DNA of 64,000 nt, taken from positions 640,001 to 704,000 of the forward strand of contig CAVVPN010000012.1 in NCBI GenBank assembly GCA_963750165.1, written 5' to 3'. The notes beneath the pieces were generated by a model. The model did not search any database. It saw only the letters and a program-made list of their open reading frames with translations, and was not told the DNA's origin. Both the position numbers and the translations under genes were made by a program. Each line of letters begins with the position of its first letter. Position 1 is the stretch's first letter. Source of the stretch: an uncultured Gemmataceae bacterium (GTDB lineage Bacteria > Planctomycetota > Planctomycetia > Gemmatales > Gemmataceae). Below, piece by piece: positions 10,106 to 18,156 of this stretch.

Positions 10106-10223
10106 TCAGAAGTCCGAAGACAGAGGTCAAAAGTCAGAGGTCAGAGCAGCAGGAAGCCTGCCAAGCCGCAAGCGGCAGAACAAGGCAATTCTGACTTCTG
10201 ACCTCTGTCTTCTGCTCTCTCTG
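10106..10223. repeat. TCAGARG / YTCTGAC heptamer-based imperfect palindrome
   Basis: tcagaag-tccgaag-acagagg-tcaaaag-tcagagg on the left; ttctgac-ttctgac-ctctgtc on the right. Confidence 0.75.
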
Positions 10224-10225
10224 GG

Positions 10226-10612
10226 TTAGCCGCGCATCTCCTTGACGCCCTTCTTGCCGGCGACGGTCTTGCGCGGGCCCTTGCGGGTGCGGGCGTTGGT
10301 GCGGGTGCGCTGACCGCGGACGGGCAGACTGCGACGGTGCCGCAGACCGCGGTAGCACTGGATGTCCTTCAGGCGCTGGATGTTCTGTTGAATCTGGCGG
10401 CGCAGCGGGCCCTCGACCACGTACTCGCGGTCGAGGAAGCCGACGATGCGGGCGATCTCCTCGTCCGTCAGGTCGCGAGCGCGGCGCTGCGGATCGACGC
10501 CGGCCTTGTCGCACAGCTCCAGGGCCGTGGTCGGGCCGATGCCGTAGATGTAGCGCAGCGAAATGTGCGTCGGTTTATCGTTGGGCAAATCGACGCCGAG
10601 GATACGCGGCAT
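10226..10612 (-). CDS. rpsM: 30S ribosomal protein S13
   Basis: [32 protein letters not shown]. Confidence 0.98.
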   Translation of the reverse strand: MPRILGVDLPNDKPTHISLRYIYGIGPTTALELCDKAGVDPQRRARDLTDEEIARIVGFLDREYVVEGPLRRQIQQNIQRLKDIQCYRGLRHRRSLPVRGQRTRTNARTRKGPRKTVAGKKGVKEMRG

Positions 10613-10628
10613 GGGTGGCTCTCCTGAA

Positions 10629-10742
10629 TTAACCCTGGCGCTGCTTGTGACGCGGGTTGCTGCAAATCACGTACAGCTTGCCCTGCCGCCGAACCAGCTT
10701 GCAGTTTTCACAGATCCGTTTGACACTGGCGCGAACTTTCAT
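10629..10742 (-). CDS. rpmJ: 50S ribosomal protein L36 (zinc-ribbon form)
   Basis: [37 protein letters not shown]. Confidence 0.97.
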   Translation of the reverse strand: MKVRASVKRICENCKLVRRQGKLYVICSNPRHKQRQG

Positions 10743-11071
10743 TGGCTTTCCGTTGCTCCGGTGAGGCGCAGAATAGTGGAAATTCTTACTGTAGCAAATG
10801 GAACTATTGCTGCAAGAGGGAAAAGCGCACGAATTTGGCACGCGCTTGTCGTCACGTGGCACGGTCGTGCCTGGGCAGGCACTTTCAGCCGGCAACAGCA
10901 GGCGCCGGCCGGCACGGCCCGACGTGGGTGGGCGCAACCTGGCCCATGGGGGTGTGGGAGAAACGTGAAACGAAACGGCAACTCCTTCGCTGCCAGGAGG
11001 TTATTTCGTATCACCCCCGCGAGATGAAACCGCCCGCCCCGCGGGACGGGCGCGATCGGCAGGCGCTTGCG

Positions 11072-11232
11072 TCAAAGCGACTGCAGGAACCTGAGCAGCG
11101 CGGCCCGGTCGGCGGCGGCCAGGTTGCGGAAGACCTCCCGTGCCGGGTGGGCCTCGCCGCCGTGCCAGAGGATCGCTTCGCTCAGCGTGCGGGCCCGGCC
11201 GTCGTGCAGGTAGGCTTCGCCGCCGCCGGAAC
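11072..11232 (-). pseudogene. C-terminal stump of a di-heme oxidoreductase family gene
   Basis: Hand translation YLHDGRARTLSEAILWHGGEAHPAREVFRNL...LLRFLQSL*; in-frame stop just upstream and no start. Confidence 0.75.
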
Positions 11233-11409
11233 CACGCCAGTCTCTTCAGCGCGACCGAGGCCGGCGGCTGTGCGCTGCGCGAGCGCGTCGAACTCGAACC
11301 GCTCGGCGGCGTGCTCGGGCTGACGGTGACGGAGCAGTTCATTTTGAACGAGCTGGATTGGTTGTTCGTCTTCAGGCATCAGAAAGTAACGGAAACAGTA
11401 ATCGCCTAG
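11228..11409 (+). pseudogene. C-terminal stump resembling an SRPBCC/cyclase-family protein
   Basis: NHASLFSATEAGGCALRERVELEPLGGVLG...FILNELDWLFVFRHQKV* resembles the SRPBCC terminal strands and helix; no start. Confidence 0.5.
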
Positions 11410-11476
11410 AATTGTCTGACGTAAGCATATGGGCGTAAATGATTTAAAATTATTTCAGATTGTGATTGGAAAAAAA

Positions 11477-11597
11477 CTAGGACGGCAATCCTGACTGGAG
11501 TGGACAGAATTCCCTGTGTATTCAGACAGATGGACTAATGAGCACCGCCATTATTCCCTGGGGAACTCCACGGCTCCAGTCAGGATTGCCGTCCTAG
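11477..11597. mobile_element. 121-bp MITE-like element with 24-bp perfect terminal inverted repeats
   Basis: CTAGGACGGCAATCCTGACTGGAG (11477-11500) / CTCCAGTCAGGATTGCCGTCCTAG (11574-11597), set in an A-tract. Confidence 0.7.
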
Positions 11598-11627
11598 AAA
11601 AAAAAATACTCGTTAAGATTTTACTTG

Positions 11628-11681
11628 ATTGTGTGTGTTTCTGTTGCTACCCTTATTGTGTGTGTTTCTGTTGCTACCCTT
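11628..11681 (+). repeat. Exact 27-bp tandem duplication
   Basis: ATTGTGTGTGTTTCTGTTGCTACCCTT x2. Confidence 0.9.
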
Positions 11682-12252
11682 TCGTTCACTCAGGGGCATC
11701 GCATGCCAGCACCAGAATAATGCGTCTCGTCCTGTGTACACGCTGGTTCAAGAACAAAGTGCTGTGCCAGGCGATGGGGAAAAGAGCCTGATCAGCGCTG
11801 GCGGCGGCATTTACGTCGGTGGTCGGTCCTTCAGTTCCTTGGTCCAAAGCGCTGTCATCATGATTCGTGCCTGGGGCAAGTATACTGCTGGGAGTAGCGG
11901 CGGTACTGTCCAGATTCGACTCTACATGGACCCAAGCGATTCACACAGTACCCTCATTGCGGACACATCCGCAAAACCTATTCTGCAGGCAAGTCAGAGT
12001 AACATCGAATGGCAGTTGTATTTCATGATCACTATCAGAACGGCAGACGATAGCAGCGCTACTCTCTGGTGCGATGGGTTTCTTGAATGTATGAGCTACA
12101 CAAACTTGAACGCACCCGCGGGCCGAAACGCAACATTTACTCTCGATAACTCCGTGGTGAATTATATCGACTTGACGGCAAGAGTTTTCGGCAGTGGTTG
12201 CACTGTCTACCTTGAACAATGTTGCATGGAATACCTTCCGTATGCGGCCTAA
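11629..12252 (+). CDS. Low-GC beta-rich hypothetical protein resembling phage virion/tail domains; start uncertain, possibly a fragment
   Basis: IMIRAWGKYT..TVQIRLY..NIEWQLYFMITIRT..FTLDNSVVNYIDLTA; codon usage unlike the flanking genes. Confidence 0.45.
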   Translation: MCVFLLLPLLCVFLLLPFRSLRGIACQHQNNASRPVYTLVQEQSAVPGDGEKSLISAGGGIYVGGRSFSSLVQSAVIMIRAWGKYTAGSSGGTVQIRLYMDPSDSHSTLIADTSAKPILQASQSNIEWQLYFMITIRTADDSSATLWCDGFLECMSYTNLNAPAGRNATFTLDNSVVNYIDLTARVFGSGCTVYLEQCCMEYLPYAA

Positions 12253-12265
12253 ACAGAGGTTTGCC

Positions 12266-12745
12266 ATGTCGATTGCTAGTCGTTCGGTACAGGCTACTCT
12301 CGCATTTGGGATGGCGGTTTTCTTTTTGCCTGCCGTTCCGCTCAAAGCACAAATCACCGATGAGGAAATTAAGAAAACTCCACCGATTGTTACGTCGAAG
12401 CCCGTTGACATTTTGAAAACCGACGATCAATACACAAAACTCGCCAAGTCGCGTTACAATCTGGCCCTGAAAGAATTGGGTATGCGTTTCGATCATTTTT
12501 GGAAAGGGAAATCATCAGGGGAATCTCTGATTGAAACGGAGCAGCGCTTTCTTCACATCGGTTTGGAGATTTTTTCTCGAAGCCAGGAGCGTTCGACTTT
12601 TTTGAAGGAGATGCACCGATTGGCTGATTACACCCACAGGGTTGCCCAGTTACAGGAAACGGCCCAAAGTAGGGTTCCCTTTGAAACCGTCCGGGCCAAC
12701 CAATTGCTCTTGGAAATTGAGATGCTCCAACTGAAAGCTAAATGA
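12266..12745 (+). CDS. Low-GC secreted helical hypothetical protein
   Basis: GAGG RBS, signal peptide ending LKA-Q, helical C-terminus. Confidence 0.6.
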   Translation: MSIASRSVQATLAFGMAVFFLPAVPLKAQITDEEIKKTPPIVTSKPVDILKTDDQYTKLAKSRYNLALKELGMRFDHFWKGKSSGESLIETEQRFLHIGLEIFSRSQERSTFLKEMHRLADYTHRVAQLQETAQSRVPFETVRANQLLLEIEMLQLKAK

Positions 12746-12769
12746 GTCAGCCAGCGGGCGTCCTTTTTC

Positions 12770-12874
12770 TATTGCCAACTGCGCGGATAATGCAACGTCA
12801 CAAAGCGCGAAAGCGTCGAAAAAGACGCTGCGAAGCGACGCTGTTATGTTGCATTATCCGCGCAGTTGGCAATA
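12770..12874. mobile_element. 105-bp MITE-like element with 27-bp perfect terminal inverted repeats and TA ends
   Basis: TATTGCCAACTGCGCGGATAATGCAAC / GTTGCATTATCCGCGCAGTTGGCAATA; inner hairpin AGCGTC-GAAAAA-GACGCT. Confidence 0.6.
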
Positions 12875-12928
12875 ACCCCGTTTTCAGTTTCGCGCGGATC
12901 GAGCCCGCGCGAAACTGAAAACGGGGTT
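12874..12928. repeat. REP-like palindrome family CCGTTTYC..TTCGCGCG-loop-CGCGCGAAAC..AAACGG; further copies at about 16580-16635, 20568-20627 and 47851-47901
   Basis: Four related hairpins read directly, each just downstream of a stop codon. Confidence 0.8.
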
Positions 12929-12977
12929 CTCTTGTCAAGTTGTTCTATTCTTGCTCCGCCGCCGAACCAACTCGCTC

Positions 12978-13439
12978 TCACGGTGCCATCGGCCGCCCCA
13001 GCCGCAAGCGCCGCGGCTGCTCCAGGCGCTCGAAATCCCAGCAGCGCATGCGGATCGTCAGGTGGTGCCGTTGCGACTCGAAGACGATGACCGCGTCCGG
13101 GTCGAAGGAGGCGTCCAGCAGCGTTGGCAGACCATAGAGCGTCCCGAACGGCGCCAGCGTGCCCCATTCGCAGTCGCTGAACACCGCCGCGACCTCTTCC
13201 GCCGTCGCCAGCCGTACCGGCGCCTGCAGCTGCCGCGCGACCGCTTCCAGATCAACTCGGTGTGTCGCCGGCAGCACTGCCAGGAGGTTGCTACTCCCCT
13301 GCCGCAACAGCACGCACTTGGCCAGCTGGCGGCCGGACAGGTGCAGGCGACGGGCACGCTTCTGAGCCGTGTACGCCGGCGGATGAACCACCGTCTCGAA
13401 GGCGACGCAGCGCTCGGCCAAAAAGTCGGGAACACGCAT
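12978..13439 (-). CDS. YbaK/ProX-family aminoacyl-tRNA deacylase
   Basis: HPPAYTAQ, LAKCVLL, LAVLPA, FSDCEWGTLAPFG. Confidence 0.88.
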   Translation of the reverse strand: MRVPDFLAERCVAFETVVHPPAYTAQKRARRLHLSGRQLAKCVLLRQGSSNLLAVLPATHRVDLEAVARQLQAPVRLATAEEVAAVFSDCEWGTLAPFGTLYGLPTLLDASFDPDAVIVFESQRHHLTIRMRCWDFERLEQPRRLRLGRPMAP

Positions 13440-13581
13440 GACTGCTCTCTCCGTTTCCGTCCACAATGTCCGGGAGACCGGCACTCAAATATAACGGACC
13501 TCAGCCAGCGAACGCCCGCACAGCTTGCCCGTTTTACCAGCCAAGGGCCGCCTATCCTTCCCAACATGAGGGTAATGCCGA

Positions 13582-14454
13582 ATGTCCGTCCCCGCCGCCG
13601 ACGATCTGGAAGTGCTGCGTCCGGACCTGCCGCGCGGCCGCTTCCGCGCCGTGCTGTTCGACTTTGACGGCACCCTGTCGCTGATCCGCGAGGGTTGGCC
13701 GCAGGTCATGATCCCGATGATGGTGGACGTGCTGCGGCAGACCGGCACCGCCGAGCCCGCCGAGCAGCTGACCGCCGCCGTCGAGGAATTCGTCATGCGC
13801 CTGAACGGCCGGCAGACCATCTACCAGATGATCCAGCTGGCCGAGGAGGTGCGCCAGCGCGGCGGCCAACCGCTGGAGCCGCTCCGCTACAAGCAGCGCT
13901 ACCACGACCTGCTCCTGGAGCGGATCGACAACCGGCTGCAGGCGCTGGCGTCCGGGGCCGTGACGGCGGAGGAGTGGACGGTGCCGGGCAGTCACAGTCT
14001 GTTGGGGCAGCTGCGCCGCCGTGGTCTGCGGCTCTACCTGGCCAGCGGCACGGACGTGAAGTTCGTGCGCCACGAGGCGGCGCTGCTCGGGTTGACCGAG
14101 TATTTCGGCGAGCACATTTACGGCGCCCTGGACGATTACCAGAACTTTTCCAAGCAGATGGTCATCGAGCGCATCCTGCGTGAGGAGGGCCTGCACGGGC
14201 CGGAGCTGCTGGGCTTCGGCGACGGCTTTGTGGAGATCGAGGAGGTGAAGCGCGTCGGCGGCGTGGCGGTGGCGGTCGCCAGCGACGAGGCGCGGCGGCA
14301 GGGCGTGAATGCGTGGAAGCGGACGCGGTTGATTCAGGCGGGCGCGGATGTGGTTATCCCGGACTACCGCAGGCAGGAGGAGTTGCTGCGCTTCCTGTTC
14401 GCGGAGGACGGCGGCCCCGTCGCGGAGCGCTTATCTGGGCGGCCCCAGAGTTAG
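13582..14454 (+). CDS. HAD-family hydrolase
   Basis: FDFDGTLS, LASGT and FGDGFVEI motifs. Confidence 0.88.
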   Translation: MSVPAADDLEVLRPDLPRGRFRAVLFDFDGTLSLIREGWPQVMIPMMVDVLRQTGTAEPAEQLTAAVEEFVMRLNGRQTIYQMIQLAEEVRQRGGQPLEPLRYKQRYHDLLLERIDNRLQALASGAVTAEEWTVPGSHSLLGQLRRRGLRLYLASGTDVKFVRHEAALLGLTEYFGEHIYGALDDYQNFSKQMVIERILREEGLHGPELLGFGDGFVEIEEVKRVGGVAVAVASDEARRQGVNAWKRTRLIQAGADVVIPDYRRQEELLRFLFAEDGGPVAERLSGRPQS

Positions 14455-14502
14455 AGCGTTTTGCGCAACGGGGCCGGTCGCGCCACCCGGCGCGGCCGGC
14501 CG

Positions 14503-14823
14503 TCACATCACCAGCGTCGTGAACTCCTGGTAGGTGAGCGGCGTGTCGAAGGTGCCGCCCACCAGGAAGGTGCCGCGCTGCGGCGTCAAGTGGATCACGC
14601 GCACCAGCAGCGTCTTGGCGAACGACTTCGATTGGTTCACCAGGTTCAGGACCAGCAGGTTACCCACCTCGACGGCGCACGACACGATCAGGCCGATGCC
14701 GTCCATCGAAATGTTCTGAATCTTCACTGGCCCGAGGTCCGCCACCTGGCCGGCCAGGGTACAGGACGTGTCGGCGTTGATGGGGAAGCGCTCCGCCGCC
14801 CGTCGGTCTGCTGGCTCCGGCAT
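14503..14823 (-). CDS. Stand-alone PilZ-domain protein
   Basis: RxxxR (DRRAAERF) and NISMDGIG motifs. Confidence 0.85.
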   Translation of the reverse strand: MPEPADRRAAERFPINADTSCTLAGQVADLGPVKIQNISMDGIGLIVSCAVEVGNLLVLNLVNQSKSFAKTLLVRVIHLTPQRGTFLVGGTFDTPLTYQEFTTLVM

Positions 14824-14969
14824 ATCCCTCTCCGTATCCGCTATCGGGCGTGGCCACCTGATTAGAAATGTACACGAACATTATAGCACGCCGCAGCCGA
14901 TTGCGTTTTCGCCGCCGCCGGGGTAGAACAGACCGCGGCCCCGAAACTCTCCCACACCTGGAGGATCTC

Positions 14970-16562
14970 ATGCCACGCGTTCTGTTCGCCGTCCTGGGCG
15001 TGCTGCTCGCCCTGCCGGCCGCCGCCAGCCAGCCGGCCGCCAACAAACTCAAGGCGCTGCTCGTCACCGGCGGCGGCTACCACGACTACAAAAAGCTCAA
15101 CCCCATCCTCGTCGAGAAAATCCCGCAGCTGGCCAACGTCAGCATCGACGTGAAATACGGCCTCGACACGCTGAAAAACCCAAAATTCGCCGACGGCTAC
15201 GACGTGATCCTGTACAACTTCTGCTTCGCCGACGCCAAGAACTCCGAGATCATCGACAACGCCCTCAAAGCGATTCGCGCTGGCAAGCCGGCGGTGATGA
15301 TCCACTGCGCCATGCACACCTTCATGGCGTCCGACGAGTGGACGGACGCCTGTGGCATGCGCACGCGCCGGCACGACCCCTACCGGCCGTTCTCGATCAT
15401 CAAGACCGTGCAGGACCACCCCGCTACCAACGTGCTGCCCGGGGAGTGGCGCACGACCGGCGACGAACTGTACCAGACGATCAAGCTGGGGCCGCGCTCG
15501 ACGGCGCTGCTGAAGGGCAAGGCCGACAAGGTGAAGGAAGATCACATCGTCTGCTGGGTCAGCACCTACGGCAAGGGCAAGGTGTTCGCCACCACGCTCG
15601 GCCATGACCTCAAGACGGTCAACATGCCGGAGTTTCAGAAGCTGCTGGCCAACGGCATCCTCTGGGCCTGCGACAAGCTCAACAGGGAAGGCCGCCCGCT
15701 GCCGGGCTACGGCGGCAGCAAGGCCAACCCCGCCCCGGCCCCTCAGGAAAGAGCGCCGGAGATGGCTCTGTTCCCGGACAAGCTGCTCGGCGAGGGCGTC
15801 AAGGACGCGAAGATGACCGGCGCAAAGCCGAACCGCCGCGTCAGCGAAGTCAGCCGGCCGACCATCACGGTGTACCGGCCCGCGAAGGACAGGGACACCG
15901 GCGCCGCTGTCGTCATCGCCCCGGGCGGCGGCTACAGCGTGCTGGCCTGGGACCACGAGGGCGAGGAGGTCGCGCAGTGGCTGAACCAGCTCGGCATCAC
16001 GGGCGTGGTGCTCAAGTACCGCATCCCGCGCCGGGCCGACCACCCGAAGGCCCCGCTCGCCGACGCTCAGCGCGCCATCAGCCTGGTGCGCAGCAAGGCC
16101 AGGGAGTGGGGCCTTGACCCCAACCGCATCGGCATGCTCGGCTTCTCCGCGGGCGGCCACCTGACCGCCGTCACCGCCACCAACGGCAACCAGCGGGCCT
16201 ACGAGCCGTTCGACGCGGCGGACAAGTTCAGTTGCCGGCCGGACTTCGCGGTGGTCGTCTACCCCGGTGGCGTGACGGCCAAGGGCAACAAAACCCTGGT
16301 GCCGGACGTGCGCGTGAGCAAGAATGCGCCGCCAACGTTCCTGGTCCACTCCGGCGATGACAAGGTGTCAGCCGAGAACAGCGTGCTGTTTTACCTGGCG
16401 CTGAAGCAGGCGGGCGTGCCGGCGGAACTGCACATCTACTCGGGCGGCGGTCACGGCTACGGCCTGAACCGCAGCAAGTACGCTCCAGCCGCCCAGTGGC
16501 CGCGGCGCTGCGAGGAGTGGCTGCGGGCGCGCGGCGTCCTCAAGGCGGCCAGTGGTTCTTGA
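14970..16562 (+). CDS. Secreted ThuA-like domain plus alpha/beta hydrolase (esterase-like) fusion
   Basis: Signal peptide; TGGGYHD, GDELY, FATTLGHD; PGGGY, GFSAGG, GGHGYG. Confidence 0.85.
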   Translation: MPRVLFAVLGVLLALPAAASQPAANKLKALLVTGGGYHDYKKLNPILVEKIPQLANVSIDVKYGLDTLKNPKFADGYDVILYNFCFADAKNSEIIDNALKAIRAGKPAVMIHCAMHTFMASDEWTDACGMRTRRHDPYRPFSIIKTVQDHPATNVLPGEWRTTGDELYQTIKLGPRSTALLKGKADKVKEDHIVCWVSTYGKGKVFATTLGHDLKTVNMPEFQKLLANGILWACDKLNREGRPLPGYGGSKANPAPAPQERAPEMALFPDKLLGEGVKDAKMTGAKPNRRVSEVSRPTITVYRPAKDRDTGAAVVIAPGGGYSVLAWDHEGEEVAQWLNQLGITGVVLKYRIPRRADHPKAPLADAQRAISLVRSKAREWGLDPNRIGMLGFSAGGHLTAVTATNGNQRAYEPFDAADKFSCRPDFAVVVYPGGVTAKGNKTLVPDVRVSKNAPPTFLVHSGDDKVSAENSVLFYLALKQAGVPAELHIYSGGGHGYGLNRSKYAPAAQWPRRCEEWLRARGVLKAASGS

Positions 16563-16675
16563 GGGAATCAAAGCCCCGCGCTGGGCCGTTTCCATTTCGC
16601 GTGCTGGAAGCGCGTGAACCGGAAACGGTCCAGCGCCACGGGGTTGTTCCGAAGGTGTGGGGGATCGGTCCGCCA

Positions 16676-16745
16676 TGAGTAAAGTCACGAAGACTTTGGA
16701 TAAGGTTCTCCGCGGGAATGTCCGAGGCGGAGGAGCCCTCGACTG
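16676..16745 (+). pseudogene. Probable 5' stump of a hicA toxin gene
   Basis: MSKVTKTLDKVLRGN resembles HicA N-termini, then a stop after 23 codons; directly upstream of hicB. Confidence 0.4.
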
Positions 16746-16790
16746 AAGAAGACATGAGCGCGGAGGATTTGAACAAATCGGAGGAAGGCG

Positions 16791-17009
16791 ATGGCGGGTG
16801 ACATCAAGTACGAGATCATTCTGTACTGGAGCAAGGAAGATCAGGCGTTCAGCGCCGAGGTTCCGGAGTTGCCGGGCTGCGCGGCGGACGGGGCGACTTA
16901 CCAGGAAGCTGTCTCCAATGTCGAGGTGGTAATCCGAGAGTGGATCGAGACAGCGCAGGACTTGGGCCGCCCGATTCCCGCGCCACGCGGGCGGTTGTTG
17001 TACGCTTAG
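16791..17009 (+). CDS. hicB: HicB-family antitoxin (short form)
   Basis: YEIILYWSKEDQAFSAEVPELPGCAADGATYQEA...GRPIPAP. Confidence 0.9.
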   Translation: MAGDIKYEIILYWSKEDQAFSAEVPELPGCAADGATYQEAVSNVEVVIREWIETAQDLGRPIPAPRGRLLYA

Positions 17010-17108
17010 GAGGCGCCGAACAACAACTTCGTAGGACGGCTCTCCAGAGCCGTCCCGACGGCTCTGGAGAGCCGTCCTACTCTTGGAAGTTGTTGTTCGG
17101 CGCCTCCT
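17008..17108. repeat. GTAG-type REP doublet nested inside a 23-bp perfect outer inverted repeat
   Basis: Inner GTAGGACGGCTCTCCAGAGCCGTC..GACGGCTCTGGAGAGCCGTCCTAC (17031-17080); outer AGGAGGCGCCGAACAACAACTTC and its reverse complement. Confidence 0.85.
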
Positions 17109-17255
17109 TAACCAGTCGCTGCACCGGACCAACGGAGCACGACAGTGTTCCTGTGTGGCGGACTGTGTTCGCACTGGGACATGGCGTAACGCCGTCTGGA
17201 GTCGGGAAGGCGTCCGGGATCAACGCCGCGGGCGCGCCCATCAGGAGGGACTGCC

Positions 17256-17837
17256 GTGACAACGATAGCGCTGCCATCCTCACGCCCCGCGCCGGCCGGC
17301 CCGCGGCCGCTGCGCTGGACGTGCGCCGAGTTCCACCGCTTCGGCGACCTGGGCGTGTTCGAGGGCCGGCGGGCGATGCTCATCGACGGTGTCATCCTGG
17401 AGGAAGGGCCGATGAACCCGCCCCACGCGATCACCCTCGGACTGGCCGAAGAGGCGATCCGAACGGCTTTCGGGGCAGGATGGTGGCTGCGCCAGCAGTC
17501 GCCGTTGGTCCTCGGCCAGGACCTCGATCCGGAACCCGACCTCGCCGTCGTACCAGGCCGGCCGCGCGACTATGCGGGGCACCCGACAACGGCGGATCTG
17601 GTGATCGAGGTGGCGGACACCTCCTTCGACTTCGACACCAACGAGAAGCGGCTGCTGTACGCCAGGGCCAACATCCGCGACTACTGGGTGGTGGACATCA
17701 ACGGCCGCCGGCTGCTCGTCTACCGCGACCCCCAGGCCGGCGATTACGCCACCCAGCAGACGCTTGGCCCGGCGGACACTGTTACGCCATTGGCGGCACC
17801 GACGGCAGCGGTGCGGGTGGCGGACCTGCTTGTGTGA
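17256..17837 (+). CDS. Uma2 (DUF820) family putative endonuclease
   Basis: RWTCAEFHR, PEPDLAVV, LVIEVADTS, YARANIRDYWVVD. Confidence 0.9.
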   Translation: MTTIALPSSRPAPAGPRPLRWTCAEFHRFGDLGVFEGRRAMLIDGVILEEGPMNPPHAITLGLAEEAIRTAFGAGWWLRQQSPLVLGQDLDPEPDLAVVPGRPRDYAGHPTTADLVIEVADTSFDFDTNEKRLLYARANIRDYWVVDINGRRLLVYRDPQAGDYATQQTLGPADTVTPLAAPTAAVRVADLLV

Positions 17838-18156
17838 CGCCGAAGAAACGGAAACATTCATGGTGTCACACATGTTCACCTGTAAACTTTTCAAAAAGTA
17901 CCGTTTCACGGAAAAATCGTTGCAATCGCCCTATTCAGGCGTTACCATCAGTCGAAGTAAAGTAAGGAAGATAGCTTAATGCCAACCATATTGCGCGCCT
18001 GAAACCTATGGCCAGGGCTGCGGTCATTGACGCTTACCTTTGCGCGCATCATTCAATGTCAACTGCCCAACCTGTAGTGGTCCATCGCGCTGGTGGATAT
18101 ACTTTGTCGTCCAGCAGTCTTTTCTGCGTATCTTTTCCGTGCAAAGGGGGACGAAG

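Noticed and set aside
10835..10850. Sigma-54 promoter TTGGCACGCGCTTGT
   Set aside because: The -12 element is TTGT rather than TTGC and no intact gene follows on that strand
11400..12900. Prophage
   Set aside because: One weakly phage-like ORF only; no integrase, terminase, capsid or replication genes
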